A stretch of DNA of 63,801 bases, counting the filler, from Choristocarpus tenellus KU-1152 (Eukaryota; Protista; Phaeophyceae): NCBI GenBank assembly GCA_964200185.2. It is 15 parts of 15 records of this genome, joined end to end, with 100 filler letters (N's around TTAATTAATTAA, not from the genome) between each part and the next. Parts side by side here need not be neighbours in the genome. Positions count along the whole stretch, not along the records: positions 8,624 to 13,909 come from CAXNAD020011264.1; positions 14,010 to 20,580 come from CAXNAD020007845.1; positions 20,681 to 23,546 come from CAXNAD020024093.1; positions 23,647 to 30,940 come from CAXNAD020006385.1; 11 more parts are not named here. One strand, 5' to 3'. The translations under genes were made by a program, and so were the position numbers. Below the pieces are notes generated by a model, which saw only the letters and a list, made by a program, of their open reading frames with translations, was not told the origin of the DNA and did no database searches. Positions 11,400-23,719 of the stretch are shown one piece after another (the first letter of the stretch is position 1; the number at the start of each line of letters is the position of its first letter).

Positions 11400-13130
11400 A
11401 CAGTTACACTACATTGTACAACAATGCACAGTACACCAACTCCCCCAATTCCCAAGGGGTTTTTCCCCAAAGTGGCCGATTGAGTCATGTCGGATTGCAA
11501 GATTGCAAAGGGCTGGTGCAAAGACTACACCTCCTAAAAATCTTGGCAGTCTGGGTGCAGACCAATCATGAGCATGTAAGATCAGGCCAGCCCATGGAAA
11601 AGAACAAGAAAAATCTTGGCAACGTGGGTGGGAGAGGACTCTATGAAGAATACAGTAAGAATTGTCCCACAGGTTGGACCATACATATATCTTCATCGTC
11701 TATTATTGAACAACCTACAAAGTTTGTAGTTTTATGGAGTTGCCACCAAAACCCTAGCCACGACTCTTATCTTTTCAATCCCAAAACGCAACAGCGATAG
11801 GTACTACAATACATGCAGATGGCGAACACCTCGACAACCCAACTCCACTCAGACATCGTACCTATCTAATTGCCCCTTCCTGTTAACTCCTTAGATCAAC
11901 ACCCGACAGGTGACAGTGACAACACCACTAACCGTAACCATAGTCATCACTCTGAGCAAAGTCGTGACTGACCCTCGCCATCGCTCGAATTTTGTACGCC
12001 TCACCAAAACACCAAAAGGACGTAAAACGAAGACCCATCTGTATGCCCTCTGGAGTAAAGCGTGCGAGGAGGGGTTCTATGTGAAAGGGCAACGTCACCG
12101 AGTCATGTTAGGTCCGTGGTCCTAGCCTTGCTCCAGCATCAACACCTCTACCCAAGAGGGGGGGTGAACGGAGAGGCGTACATCCAAAGCCTGGACCAAA
12201 CCCACCTCCTCCAATTCACACAATTTGAGGCGTCTGTGTCATGAGTATTCAGTAGGAGGACATTGGACAATACCGTGGCCTCATCCTCCTAGGAATATGG
12301 GCTTGGAATATCCTGACTAGCCTCTTTCGAACCACGCTGAGCGAAATGTTTGGTATGGAGACTGGTACCTTTGGTGTTCTCAACCACGGGCATGATATGA
12401 CTCCTTGTGCCAACTTCATTTGCACCTACCATCCGCGTTGGGATGAACCAGTCACATGGATTATTATACAGTCTATACGATAAATCCAGGCAGCAGCTAT
12501 CTTGCTGGTAGATCATTCCATACCACCCGGTTGTTGGAAAGGATCAATGCAACAATAGTCCACGTTGTCAGAGTTGAGTAATATTTCCCTCCTTTCCGGA
12601 AGCCACGAAGTCATTCACATTATCAACGCAGATGTCTCTTCTGGCATGGCATTTCCTTGATCCTTCTATCAATCTTGAATAGTGTCGTGTACAGCAATGA
12701 TGCCTTCCCGTACCTCCTATATCGCTAAGGCATCCCCGACCGTCCATCCCACCGAACCCTCCAACATTACCTTCGCCCCAGAACTGACTCCTATTTTCTT
12801 CCTAAGGCTCACCTGTCTAATGCATGGTAGATGGGCTGCACCTTACGCGTCCGTGCTTCCTCACTGGTTTGCATAGTTGCGCAACTTTTGGCTCCAGTGC
12901 CACTAAACTTCTATCTTTTTCCTCCAAATTCAGCCCACCTACTTCCTCTTTTGCCTAGGAGTTCGCTCGTCCAATAGCTCTATGCTTGGAATGTTAGAAA
13001 GCACACAGGTATGATATGGACAGCCAGATATGTCACGGAAGCTGAACGAGGCTCGAGCAACTCGATTTGGGCATGCCTTCATGCTCTATCGATGAAGACC
13101 AAGGTTGAAAGGATTTTGAAAGAACTGGCG
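11400..13130 (+). pseudogene. Decayed non-LTR (LINE) reverse-transcriptase remnant
   Basis: GQYRGLILLG..NILTSLFRTTL at ~12265 (cf. NYRGISLL..KIL), then SILNSVVYSND at ~12670 (cf. YADD); many stops; boundaries approximate. Confidence 0.5.
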
Positions 13131-13383
13131 CGCGATGGACGCGCGCTTTCCATTGAATTACTTATTTGGAACAAGTGGTAAGGTTCGTCCTCATTACATG
13201 TAACGTTTCCTCCTCAAGCAAGTTCAACACTACTCCAGAAACGAAATTTTGGAGTAGGAGTAACACCCTGCACTGGAAGCTAATTTTCGGGGGTTTTCAC
13301 CCCGTCAATAAATGAAAATGGTCTCCTTCGCCATCTGCACCAGTCCCACTACGATTTATCATGTCCGCTGGGTAACTGTATTG

Positions 13384-13721
13384 TGTGCAAAATAGGACAA
13401 TAGTGAGGTGTACCTTATTTTGTGTATATGAGATTGTTGTGTTGAATTGAGTCCATGTGATGTAACTAATAAAATAGTACATCCAGATTATGTATGGGAT
13501 TATGTATTGGTATTTATTCTGCATTCAACTAATTTGACATGACCGTTGACTCAGATAGGAAGCACAAATAAATAATAGAAGACACCACATACAAAGGTCA
13601 CTCTTCTAAATTTCAACCATCCATTCTTTTTTCACGTTCAGCAAAGGGGGTCGTGTGAGACTTCACACTCTCTTATCTTCACTACTGAGAAATAGCATTA
13701 CCTCCCAAGGTAATTTGCACA
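13384..13721 (+). mobile_element. Solo LTR, 338 bp, with 5-bp TSD TATTG
   Basis: TGTGCAAA...TTTGCACA termini; TATTG on both sides (13379-13383, 13722-13726); partial copies at 3331 and 41656. Confidence 0.92.
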
Positions 13722-15101
13722 TATTGGTCCGGGTTCGTCGTTTGACAAGTCTATCTCTTTTCTTTCATGTCTGGACCACGACTACGACCCAATCTAACCT
13801 TTTTCTATGATGTCGGGACCATGTCCACTACATGCTGTACTAGTCCAATAATGAAAAAAGGGGTACATGTGAATCATGTGATTCTGTGGCGGCGTGGTTC
13901 ACTCAGGCANNNNNNNNNNNNNNNNNNNNNNNNNNNNNNNNNNNNNNNNNNNNTTAATTAATTAANNNNNNNNNNNNNNNNNNNNNNNNNNNNNNNNNNN
14001 NNNNNNNNNTTGGGGGTGCCCCCCCCCCCCCCCCCCAATACTTTGGGTCTGAACATTGAAATGTTGCTATCTTTTTAGACTGTAGTTAGCTGCTCTCGCA
14101 CTTCAAGTGGCATTTTTCAAGACAAATTTAGTTTCGGGGCATGTCCCAAGTCTAGTGGGTAGAAAGTCAACTGCTTGTTGCTATTGTGAATTTCATTTTT
14201 TAATGAAATATAGCACCATTTCCTTTGTTACAATGTGACAAATGCATCTTGAGTGCTGCAGTTCATACTGCTGGTCTTAGAATGTTTTTAATTTGGCAAG
14301 AACAAGACAAGCATTAATATAATACTTTAGTGAGTTGTAGACAGGCTCTGTGACAACTCAAGTGTGAGGAGGGTCATCTTGACTTGGTTCTGATGTGTAG
14401 CCTGTGCTAGCTATTGTGGGCAGAGCGATTGAAGTGATCCTTGTCTTAGATGCTGGAGTAGAGTTGGTCTGTATGGTGAAGGTCTCTAGAGTATAGCTTT
14501 TTTAGGAGTTTCATTGGTAGAACCCTGGTACTTCTACCCTCCCTGACCAACAATGTTTGATCCAATCTGATGTGGATGGTGTCAGCATTTGTACTCTGTT
14601 CATGTTATCAAAATCTTTGCTGTGTGTTTTTGTCTGTATGTATTTTGGTAAGATGGTGTGTAGAGATAGCTGCCCCTCCCCCCCCCCCATTTTTTTGTCC
14701 ACTTGTTGTTCTGCTGTTGATAGACACGGGCAAGGTAACAAAAACAGGCCAACAAAGATTACATTTCTTTGGAGAAGTGGATGAAATATTGTGTTGATCG
14801 CAGTGTACTGCCCACTGAAGGCATTTTGATGATTGTCAATGTGTCAATAGGATGAATTTTCCGTTTTTTCTCTAAAGATAACCCCAAAAACACTGGGAAG
14901 GAAAGTAGTGAAATGTGTGAGATGCAAGGAATTAATCCTTGTAGAGTCATGTGATCCCTTATCTCCCATCAACCCAAGTAACTCATGCTACATACTAGAA
15001 AGATGATTGATTATATTTCCCCTGCCCCCCTTCTCACATTCACGTTAATGATCCCATATTTCACATCATTGTATAAACTTGGCCGACCGGAATGCTTGTA
15101 G

Positions 15102-15245
15102 GTCAAGCTTGCAACAGCAGAGAGTACTGCCTATTACATGGAGGAAGATCTCGACAAAACCTTTCAACTGATTTTCCCATCACGGTCAGTGAATATTGTG
15201 GCCAAGGATGCAAAGGAGGCGAGGGAGCTTGTACAAGGATTCAAG
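15102..15245 (+). CDS. Internal exon, C-terminal half of a PH-like domain
   Basis: TTGTAG|...|GTGAGG, 144 bp open: VKLATAESTAYYMEEDLDKTFQLIFPSRSVNIVAKDAKEARELVQGFK (PH-type strand-strand-helix ending). Confidence 0.65.
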
Positions 15246-18200
15246 GTGAGGCATCGTTGGTCCATATTTCTGATCTAGGATTACACCACAGTTCAATGCC
15301 CTGTGTAAGTTTACTAGATTGGTTGATTTAAGGTTCATTTTTATAGCTCCCGGTGCTGCAGTCTTGTTGGTGGTTTTCTGTTTAGACTGCATGTGTCCTC
15401 TCTTGTTCTATTCACCTGAAAAATATTCCGTGCTGCTGCTGTGAGTGTTTTTTTTTTGTCTGTAGGATCTTGGTATATGTAGGTATAAACCATGAGGTAT
15501 TAGTGGGTTCTATTTGAGAAATCTCATTGCAAGGTACGATTCCTTGATGCCAACAGCAGCAAAACTGGAGGCTGTCTAGGGCTGTTCAATTTCTACCATT
15601 GACCCTCTATTGAAATGCTGTTAATGATGGTACCAATATCAATGTCATAATTGTCGTACTGCCTCCATTGTGCCACGTTTGCGTGACAGACACAATGATA
15701 AGTGGAGGTTACATTGAAACGAAAATGTACAAACTGATACAAAAATGAGAGAGGAGAAGTGTTACCCCTAGGAGGTTAGGCCTAGACGTTTCTCTCCAGA
15801 AGAAGGTTTGCAGTGACATGGCAGCCCCCATTTCCGCCAGTCTCAACTCCCCTAAGTTTCCTCATGTTACCAACTCGCCTGCTTGCACCTTGTCTCTTTG
15901 TCTGCCTCCTACCATTCTTGCTACAACAGGAACTCAAGAAATCAATTAGAATCAAGAGATAACCCTTGTAGGAGTTTGTGTGTGGTGTTGCATGCAATTC
16001 GGTGTCCTCAGTCTGCGTGACGATGTGCCTAGGTGATGATTGTTGGGTATGAGTCTGAGGAGAGGAGGCCATAGAGTTCCACAAGGCTATGTTATTTACC
16101 CCTGGAATATACAGGTGGGGGAGAAGGGGATTGAGTGACATCAATGCATGCAATCCACACAAAACGATGTCACTAGGGGCATTAGGGGTTATCACTATAA
16201 TAAGGGATAACAGCCCAAATGCCTTACTCTAGGAATATAAGTTTTCAGGAGGGAGGAATGGATAGGGGCACAAGGTGTTTTCTAGCTTTTGGAGGTGAGG
16301 TGTTCTCATCAATATTTGTTAGTTTCCTGGTACCTTTCTCCCTCCCCCATTGAGCACATGTCCTCCCATTGTCCCGTGAACCTTTGAGCCTTTCAATTGC
16401 AGTAGTGCACCACACATTCAAGTGAGCGATAAATCTGTACAATATTTGCTGTCAGATGTGAAGGGCCGTGATTGCGTTCCTTTGGGTCATTCAGCTGAAT
16501 AGATGTTGAATTTATACATTAGGGTTCCTGTCTGTATGGCTAAGACAAGCAGAGCAGTTGTTTTGTCTTCGGATGCAGTGAGGTGTATGAAAGTAATAGT
16601 CTTACGTCTTGTGTGCTGCTGTATTTGGCGCCTATGATGTCGTCACCAACTTGTTTTTTTCTGTGGTTGAAGGAGGCATGTGCAGGCTCTCCCAGGCACT
16701 AGGTGACCCACCCACCCAATAGAGGAAAACTACAAGTGTAGTAGTCTTAACTTTTACAAGGGGAGAACTTGTTCGATATTTAGTATTTGAAACCGGTTTG
16801 GGGAGAGTGCTCCTTAGTTGTCCATGTGCCTTCTTTGTGTTTGTCTTTACTTATGGGTGCCATGTGCTTCCCCACTATTACAGGGCGTGCCATTAGTTGT
16901 GTCTTGAATTGATGTTTTCAATTGTTTGATTGTGCAGGAACATACCTTGCATTGCAGAGGGTGGATCAAAGGACTGGTATGGGATATAGTGTAGTTCTTT
17001 GCCTGCTTATCTCCAACTCATCTTGAAAGATGACTACTGTGGCAACCTTCCACACAGCTGTGGGAAATTGTTCGGAGTTTTTTCTTGTCCTTCATGTCTG
17101 GGGTGTGCCAACCCGTGGATGGATGGCAACACTCCCGTGTTTGTCTCTTGGGGGGGGGTTATAGTACAATTCCCGAGCTCAACGGCTCCACGAATTTTTT
17201 ATCTGTCTTTCAAAAGATGCATGGTGGAGCTGACTGAACATGTTATAATGAGGAAAGGTTTTATCCATATTATGAATGAAGTGAACTGCATGCAAGGAGA
17301 GAGTCTAAAATGTGAATGCAAAACACTGAATTGGCAGTTGAAAGCGCTTGGGAGGGGAACTTCAGAAGTATGTCAGGGACTGCAATGCGATTTCCTTTTG
17401 GAATAAATGTCACCCCCCCCTTTTTCCTTTTGCTAGTCACAAATTTATATTATGTCAATTTATATAATTTCCTTCATGTGCACGCTTGGAAATGTGTGTG
17501 GCCTGGGTTCTTGCTGCATGCTGTTGATTCAATGTTTGGAGGCTCTTGAGTGGCGTAATTTAGAGGATAACCTTTTTTAACATTTGGGCAGTGTCCTATT
17601 AAATAGTCGCCCTGGGCCCTTGCAGTTCAAGACAGTACAGTAGTGCTCAAAATAATGCTGGCCTCGAATAGTAATCTCCTTTCGTTTAGAGAAATGACAC
17701 AGCGACAATGCTGAGTGACAGCAAGCTTTACGTGTGTGTCAGTGTTACTGTAGTGATGGTTGCTTACATTATTAAGAGCTGTTATGTATATTGAGCACAT
17801 AATTTGGCCCTTACACTCCATGAACTTACATCTTGTGAAAACTGGGTGGCAATTTTCCCTGTGCTTGAAGGGTGTTGTGATACATTGGGTGACAGTAACT
17901 ATTCATCTAATGTTTTTGCATTTTAATAGCATCGACTACCATGACCTGTTGTTTCTACAACTGTGTTACACAACTACAATCGAAGTACAAACTCAGTGCA
18001 TGCCTTGGTCCTTGCATGTTGGGGTTAGCATCCTATATTTCATTGACCATCCCTTCTCGGTCAAAATCTCGGTACATTCCTGATGGTGTGCAATGTATTG
18101 ATGATTGCCGTGCTTCTTGTGGAGGGTAAGTTTCTGCAGGATGCTGATCTCAGGTACTATTCTTGTTGCTGTTCTTAACCCAGCAGGATAGACCATGATC

Positions 18201-18307
18201 ATCTGAACGAGATGTCCATGATGAGAAGATTTTCATGATATTGGAAATCTGACCTGTGAATCATTTTCAAAGGAAGTTGCGTCCTCTTTTCAACTGATAC
18301 TCCGCAG

Positions 18308-18367
18308 AAGAGCACAATAATGAAAGACTTGAACACGCAAATCAACTTTCTTAGGATTGAAGAGCAG
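18308..18367 (+). CDS. Possible short exon (KSTIMKDLNTQINFLRIEEQ), unknown gene
   Basis: CCGCAG| acceptor, |GTGACA donor, 60 bp open frame. Confidence 0.3.
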
Positions 18368-19949
18368 GTGACACCGTTTCTTGCAGTATAATGTTTGCGG
18401 AAGGTTCACCTGCCTTATTAGCATATTGTTGTATATTTGCATTATTGTAGTTACCATAAGCCCAGACTCTTCTTGTCATAGATTCCCTACAAATACTATT
18501 GCAATGATAGTGTGTGTGGTATCAAAATACTCTGGAGCGTTAGTAATAATGGTTGTAATACTTGCAATAATTGTTTTTAATACGAAAACAGGGAAAAGCA
18601 GTAAGTGAGTGTGATCGAGACATATCCAACCTTTCTTGCATCTTGTTTCAGGGAGGGTGAGGTAGTGTTAAATCTCCCTTTTATCTATTATGAATCTCAC
18701 TCCAAACACACACTGTGTGGTCCACCTACATACTCCGGAATATATGTTTTCTTCAATAGATACGAGTGTGCTTACAATGGGATCTAAACTCTTAAAAAAT
18801 GTTGAGTCAAAGTTAATGAGAGGTACTCAGAGTTGCATTTTAAGGATGCTGATGTATGTGGAAAACTCGGCTTTTTGTACAAATGTGTGTAGGACATTTT
18901 CTGAATTGTGTTTGAAAAGTTTCAAGTAATAGAGAAATAAACGCTCTCAAGTCAACTTAGAACTTCATCCATAGGAATCTGGGTGAATTGCAAAAGATTG
19001 AAAAACAGACTTGAAATGTTAGTGGTCAAATTTTCGGTACCTCTTCTTTACTTTGACTCTTGAAACCGATTGAAAGGAAATGACATGTACACGGAAAATC
19101 AGGTCAAACCTGTGCAGGGTGAGAGCTCTAGAGGGAAAAAACCGATCACAACCAATGATTGTGCCACAAACATTTGCTGTTGCTTGGACTTGTTTGGCTG
19201 GGTATGGCTGGAAGGTACATTGTAGAATATAGTGCTTAGAGTAGGTTTGTAGCCTCTGTGTAGTATTAAAAAAACTCGGTTCATACTTACTGAATTGGAG
19301 ACCTGGGGGAAAGGGAGCAGCCTCAAATATCGCTGAAACGGTCTAACATATATCAATCTCTTCCTCTCTAAAAGGTCTTACCATCAGACAGAATCGTGAT
19401 CAGGTACTTCGTGCAGCAGCTGCAACAACTTATTGGTCCACCAATTTTTAGATACAGGTGAATGTGCCTGCAATTTGTTTCCACGTAAAACCTTATAAAA
19501 TCACTCATTTGGTGCACCATTACAGCACGCCCCCAAACTCACCTCTACAGGATGTGGAACTTAAATCCAACGACGTTAAAACTACACTATGGGGACTTTG
19601 CCCTTGGTAGCAGTTTGTAGGGTGTCAGATAGCCTTCTCTCTTGATATTCCAATCAGTGCTTCTTAGCTCAAAGCTCAACTCAAAGTTTCGTTAAGAAAA
19701 AAGAAACTGGCTAAGAGAGGTAAAGGATTTTGACCAAAAGCCCTCTTATTATTTTCATCATCCACCCAATTTCTTTGGTCTTCTATGCAACTGCTCTATA
19801 CGTACTTCAATCATACACCTTTCTTCTGCAACTTCTTAGGAACTGTGACATTTTCTTGTGTAATGTTACGTATGCATTATGAATCTCACTCTGTGTCTTC
19901 TACGAAATCAGCATTATTCTGTAACCTATGTGTTGCTAATCTCGTATAT

Positions 19950-20059
19950 TGTTCGCACTCGTTAGAACGCGAGAAACAATGCTCGCACTATTCGCCTGTC
20001 ACAAATGTTCGTGTTTGCTAAAACATGAGAAGAAATGCTCGCGCAATTCGCCTGTAACA
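19950..20059 (+). repeat. Tandem pair of 54-bp TG...CA micro-elements separated by AA
   Basis: Units 19950-20003 and 20006-20059; third copy at 2879-2932 (-). Confidence 0.8.
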
Positions 20060-20680
20060 GTACCACTTTGGGGGGAAATCTGCTACGATCCAACTAAGGT
20101 AAAAGAAAAAGTTGCCCCTGTTTTTGAAAACCTCAAAAAAAAGTGCACCATCAATTGTATGCACTCCTTCCTAGTACCTACCTAGAGGTCTGCCCTCTTC
20201 TGCGAACAGCTGAAAATATTTCGAGCTAAGTAGAAGAGGGTCACACCATTATCACCATAGATGATGCCTACTTATTCATTGCTACTCATAGTGACCTTCA
20301 CATGCTCCAACTGCATGCTGAGTTACCTTGTGCTACACACAACAACATATTCAGATATACTTCAATGTAGTACTTGGGAGCAATAATCGTCATCTCCGCT
20401 TGTTGCTAGCCTGGAAGAACCAACCGATCCATACTCTTGAGGTACTGCGACTGCTCTGTAAAACAAAAACAGAGCTACTCCCAAGAGTGCCTTATTTTTA
20501 TATATCGTCTTTTCTTCATAATAATCCCTTGATTTATTGAATCAAGTAATCTTACTGTTTCTCACTTTCTTTGAATAGACNNNNNNNNNNNNNNNNNNNN
20601 NNNNNNNNNNNNNNNNNNNNNNNNTTAATTAATTAANNNNNNNNNNNNNNNNNNNNNNNNNNNNNNNNNNNNNNNNNNNN

Positions 20681-20747
20681 AAAAAAAGGAAAATCGAAAA
20701 AAGGGTGAAAAACGGTCGCCGACACCCCCCCCCAGATACTGTGACCC
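20681..20747 (-). mobile_element. MITE family B (B' subfamily) end at contig start
   Basis: GTGAAAAACGGTCGCCGACACCCCCCCCAGATACTGTGACCC matches 38308-38354. Confidence 0.75.
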
Positions 20748-20799
20748 CATTCAGACCAAGTGGTAGATTTCTTCCGCATCATACATCAGCATTAGTTAT

Positions 20800-21240
20800 C
20801 TTGATCGATTCTTACTGTGTACAGAGATACCCTTCTTCTCCAGGAGAAATCAACGTGTGGAATGGTGATTGTTGGATTCGTGGTGAAGAATGGGACAAAA
20901 TGAAGCTTTCAATTCACACAATCCATCACAACACTATGGGGAGGAGAGGACAAACGACCAATGAAGTACGGCTTGACAACTCATCTCTGCTCGAGGAAGG
21001 TGGAGGGCGTATTCTGGAGATTTGCCTGATAACCGTGTAGGATCACCAGTGCAAAGTCGACCAAATCGCATTTGATGGGTTCAAAAACCTCGTGAACTAT
21101 GAAAGTGGATGTTTAATGGGATATCTATAACAAAGACCCCCCGTCATTCAAGCGGTTCGCTCATCCCGTTGTCGCCTGTTGGTCCCAATTCTTCGACCCA
21201 GAAATCTGTGTGGGGTCAGGACATCAAGCACCCTGACAAA
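20800..21240 (+). pseudogene. Possible older decayed Copia integrase remnant
   Basis: HNPSQHYGEERTN (cf. PQQNGxAERxN) and AVRSSRCRLLV (cf. LRVFGC); weak. Confidence 0.3.
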
Positions 21241-21243
21241 GAA

Positions 21244-21618
21244 CTATGCAAAAGAGAACTACTCAAGTAGAGTATTTTGCTTTGTGTGGTATGGATATGT
21301 TTATTAGCGGAGTGAGCACTGCCCTCGGTGGTGGTGGGGGGTGCTCTCTCTTATTATCTTATGTCAGAACTTATATATGGACTGATGGAGGAGTTCTGAC
21401 ATAGTACTAGCTACACAGAATAAGTGACATAGTACGATGTAACGGCAGGACACGTTTTGATGTGTCAGCTGATGTGTCAGCTGAGATATGTAATAAACTA
21501 TAAGATAATAAGAGAGAGCACCCCCCCCCACCACCGAGGGCAGTGCTCACTCCGCTAATAAACATATCCATACCACACAAAGCAAAATACTCTACTTGAG
21601 TAGATCTCTTTTGCATAG
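21244..21618. repeat. 119-bp inverted repeat; right arm is the 3' end of the Copia 5' LTR
   Basis: 21244-21362 is the reverse complement of 21500-21618 with about two mismatches. Confidence 0.92.
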
Positions 21619-21628
21619 GTTATGAGCC
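21618..21628 (+). promoter_or_regulatory. Copia primer-binding site GGTTATGAGCC
   Basis: 2 bp after LTR end ...TTTTGCA(21615); matches the GGTTATGGGCCC-type PBS (half tRNA-iMet priming) of Drosophila copia-like elements. Confidence 0.75.
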
Positions 21629-21636
21629 TCAGCGGT

Positions 21637-23546
21637 ATGGAAGCGGACCCTCGTAAGCTGCCACTGTGGAGTGGAGCGCGCGGGCACACAAGGGAGAAGT
21701 GCGAGCCAAAGTATCTCAGAGGGTAGAGTCGCGTCCACTTGGGGGCCAAACATCAATGTTGCGATTTTGATGTAATTTTGGCGATCATGTTTGTTAGGAA
21801 GTGTCAATATCCATGTTCCGGACTCACCTTTTCATAACGTACACATTTTACCTACTCCGAAACTTTTTGGCGTAGGAAAATGTCATAAAATACACCGTGG
21901 GAAGTCAAGGTTTAAATGGACAAACAGGGCAAGACTCGTACCCTCTAAGATACTTTCACTCGTGGGTTGAGTGGTGGATGGCATTGGTGAGTTAAGCGGG
22001 CGGCAAAGGACTGTACTGGATACTTCAACCAGCATACTGCATTCCAGCACCTCCCACAGTCGACGCATCATTCGAAGAACGCTGTGCGTACGATGAATAC
22101 GTTAGGCATCGAGAAGCCTTGTGGTTCCTGCTGGGACAGGCCACGAGGGGTGCCGCAGCTATGATTGTCAGCTCGCACGAGAATAATGGTAGCCTGGATG
22201 GAAGGGCTGCTTGGCTCGAACTAGAGCAAATATATGGTGGGCGCGCTACAATTCAGCGGCCTATGCAGCTTATTGCCCTTGAAATGAAGCTGTGCGACAC
22301 ATTCTGCTCGTCAGTGGAGGACGTTGCAGATTTTGTAATTCGTCTTGTTCACATATGGACAGAATTCGAGCAGCTGGAGGCCGCTAAGGAGGATCATGCC
22401 AAAATAGGGGCTTTAATCATAGGCATCAGAGAGAGCATGCCACAGGTTTTTGCACAACTGCCAACAACTCCAAATCTCACATATGATCAGTTGAAGAACG
22501 CCATCATCTCCTCTGCCTCTTATATGACCACAGAGGTAACAGGAGAAACAACAAGGACCTCAGGGACTATGGCGCTGCATATAGGGGCAGAGTCACAGAC
22601 AAGGAAACTGGAGTCTGGGAGCGGCCTCAGTTCAAACCAATGTACGTTCTGCCTAGGATATAATCACCAGTGGCGAGAATGTCGCTCATATTTGGATGGC
22701 CAACCTCCTGCTAAGCGCCCCTAGGGGTCGACGAAACCACAATTTCCACCACCACCAACCAAGAGACGGAGCAAAGGTGGCAGAGGTGGAGGCAAGGCAA
22801 ATCGGCAGGGATCATCAAAATCATACCTGGCCATGAATGTGTCTGTGGGGGAGGAAGTGTACGACAGAATGGTGGAGGCAGCACATCTATCCTCTGCTCA
22901 AGATCTGACCAAGACGAAGACCATCGCCTACTATGTGACTCGGGGGCAAATGTGCATCTTACCCCAAGACTATAGGACCTCACTGCAGCAACAAAGATCA
23001 CTCGCACCTGCACGTTTGGTAATAAAGGTACACTCGAAGCAAAGGCAACTGGCAAGATGGTGTTGAAAGCCAATAACGAGAAGGGCAAGCCGACCAAGAT
23101 TGTGCTCCAGGATGTGCTCTGGGTACCTGGTCTACCATGTAGACTTCTTAGCACCGGTAGTCTGCGGCGCAAGGGAGGTGAATTTGTAGAATCTGGGTTT
23201 AGGAAAAGCCACATTAAGCCCTGCAAGGAGGCAGCCAAAATCTATTTAGAGGAGAAGGTAGCCTTCCTGATGCTGAAGGCCCAGTTTCAGGGAGACAATA
23301 GGAAGAAGGGCCAGCCAAAGGTCAATGCAAGCTTCGCCAACAAACAACAGCGTCTCTCCCTCTTCGACAGGCAAAAAATAATGGGTCACCTCAACCCCTT
23401 TGCGATAAAGCACCTTGAAAAACGAGGACTCCTGGATATCGCAGATGCTACAGTCGCCTCCGAGCTTCACTGCAAGGTACGCAAGGAGTGCAAGTCCGAG
23501 GCACTCAGTTACGCACGGGGAGGCCGCAGTCCCAAGACAGTGGGGG
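21637..23546 (+). mobile_element. Ty1/Copia gag-protease-pre-integrase, disrupted and truncated by contig end
   Basis: Zinc knuckle CTFCLGYNHQWREC; protease LCDSGANVHL (22931-22960); LQDVLWVPGLPCRLLS; RQKIMGHLN..CKV pre-integrase; stops, frameshifts and a MITE insertion. Confidence 0.9.
21703..21961 (+). mobile_element. MITE family A inserted in Copia gag
   Basis: GAGCCAAAGTATCTCAGAGGG...CCCTCTAAGATACTTTCACTC; GTG duplicated (one extra C on the left). Confidence 0.92.
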
Positions 23547-23646
23547 NNNNNNNNNNNNNNNNNNNNNNNNNNNNNNNNNNNNNNNNNNNNTTAATTAATT
23601 AANNNNNNNNNNNNNNNNNNNNNNNNNNNNNNNNNNNNNNNNNNNN

Positions 23647-23719
23647 CCCCCTCACAAACCACCCCCCACCCCCCAGATACTTTGATCCTGCGGCTCCACC
23701 CTCTAAGATACTTTGACCC
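23647..23719 (-). mobile_element. MITE B end nested inside a MITE A end
   Basis: CCCCAGATACTTTGATCC immediately followed by TGCGGCTCCACCCTCTAAGATACTTTGACCC. Confidence 0.75.

Noticed and set aside
12480-12880. Minus-strand DIRS-like RNase H look-alikes (STDA*GAAHL, LLNSDN)
   Set aside because: The plus strand gives better-ordered LINE RT motifs; probably chance
14723-14820. Exon-like segment upstream of the PH exon
   Set aside because: No frame is open between plausible splice sites; not enough to argue for stop-codon recoding
15782-16195. 137-aa minus ORF, possibly a LINE 3' end
   Set aside because: No diagnostic motif recognisable
19950-20059. CRISPR-like reading of the 54-bp units and other short tandem repeats
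   Set aside because: Only 2-4 units, no unique spacers, no cas genes, eukaryotic context
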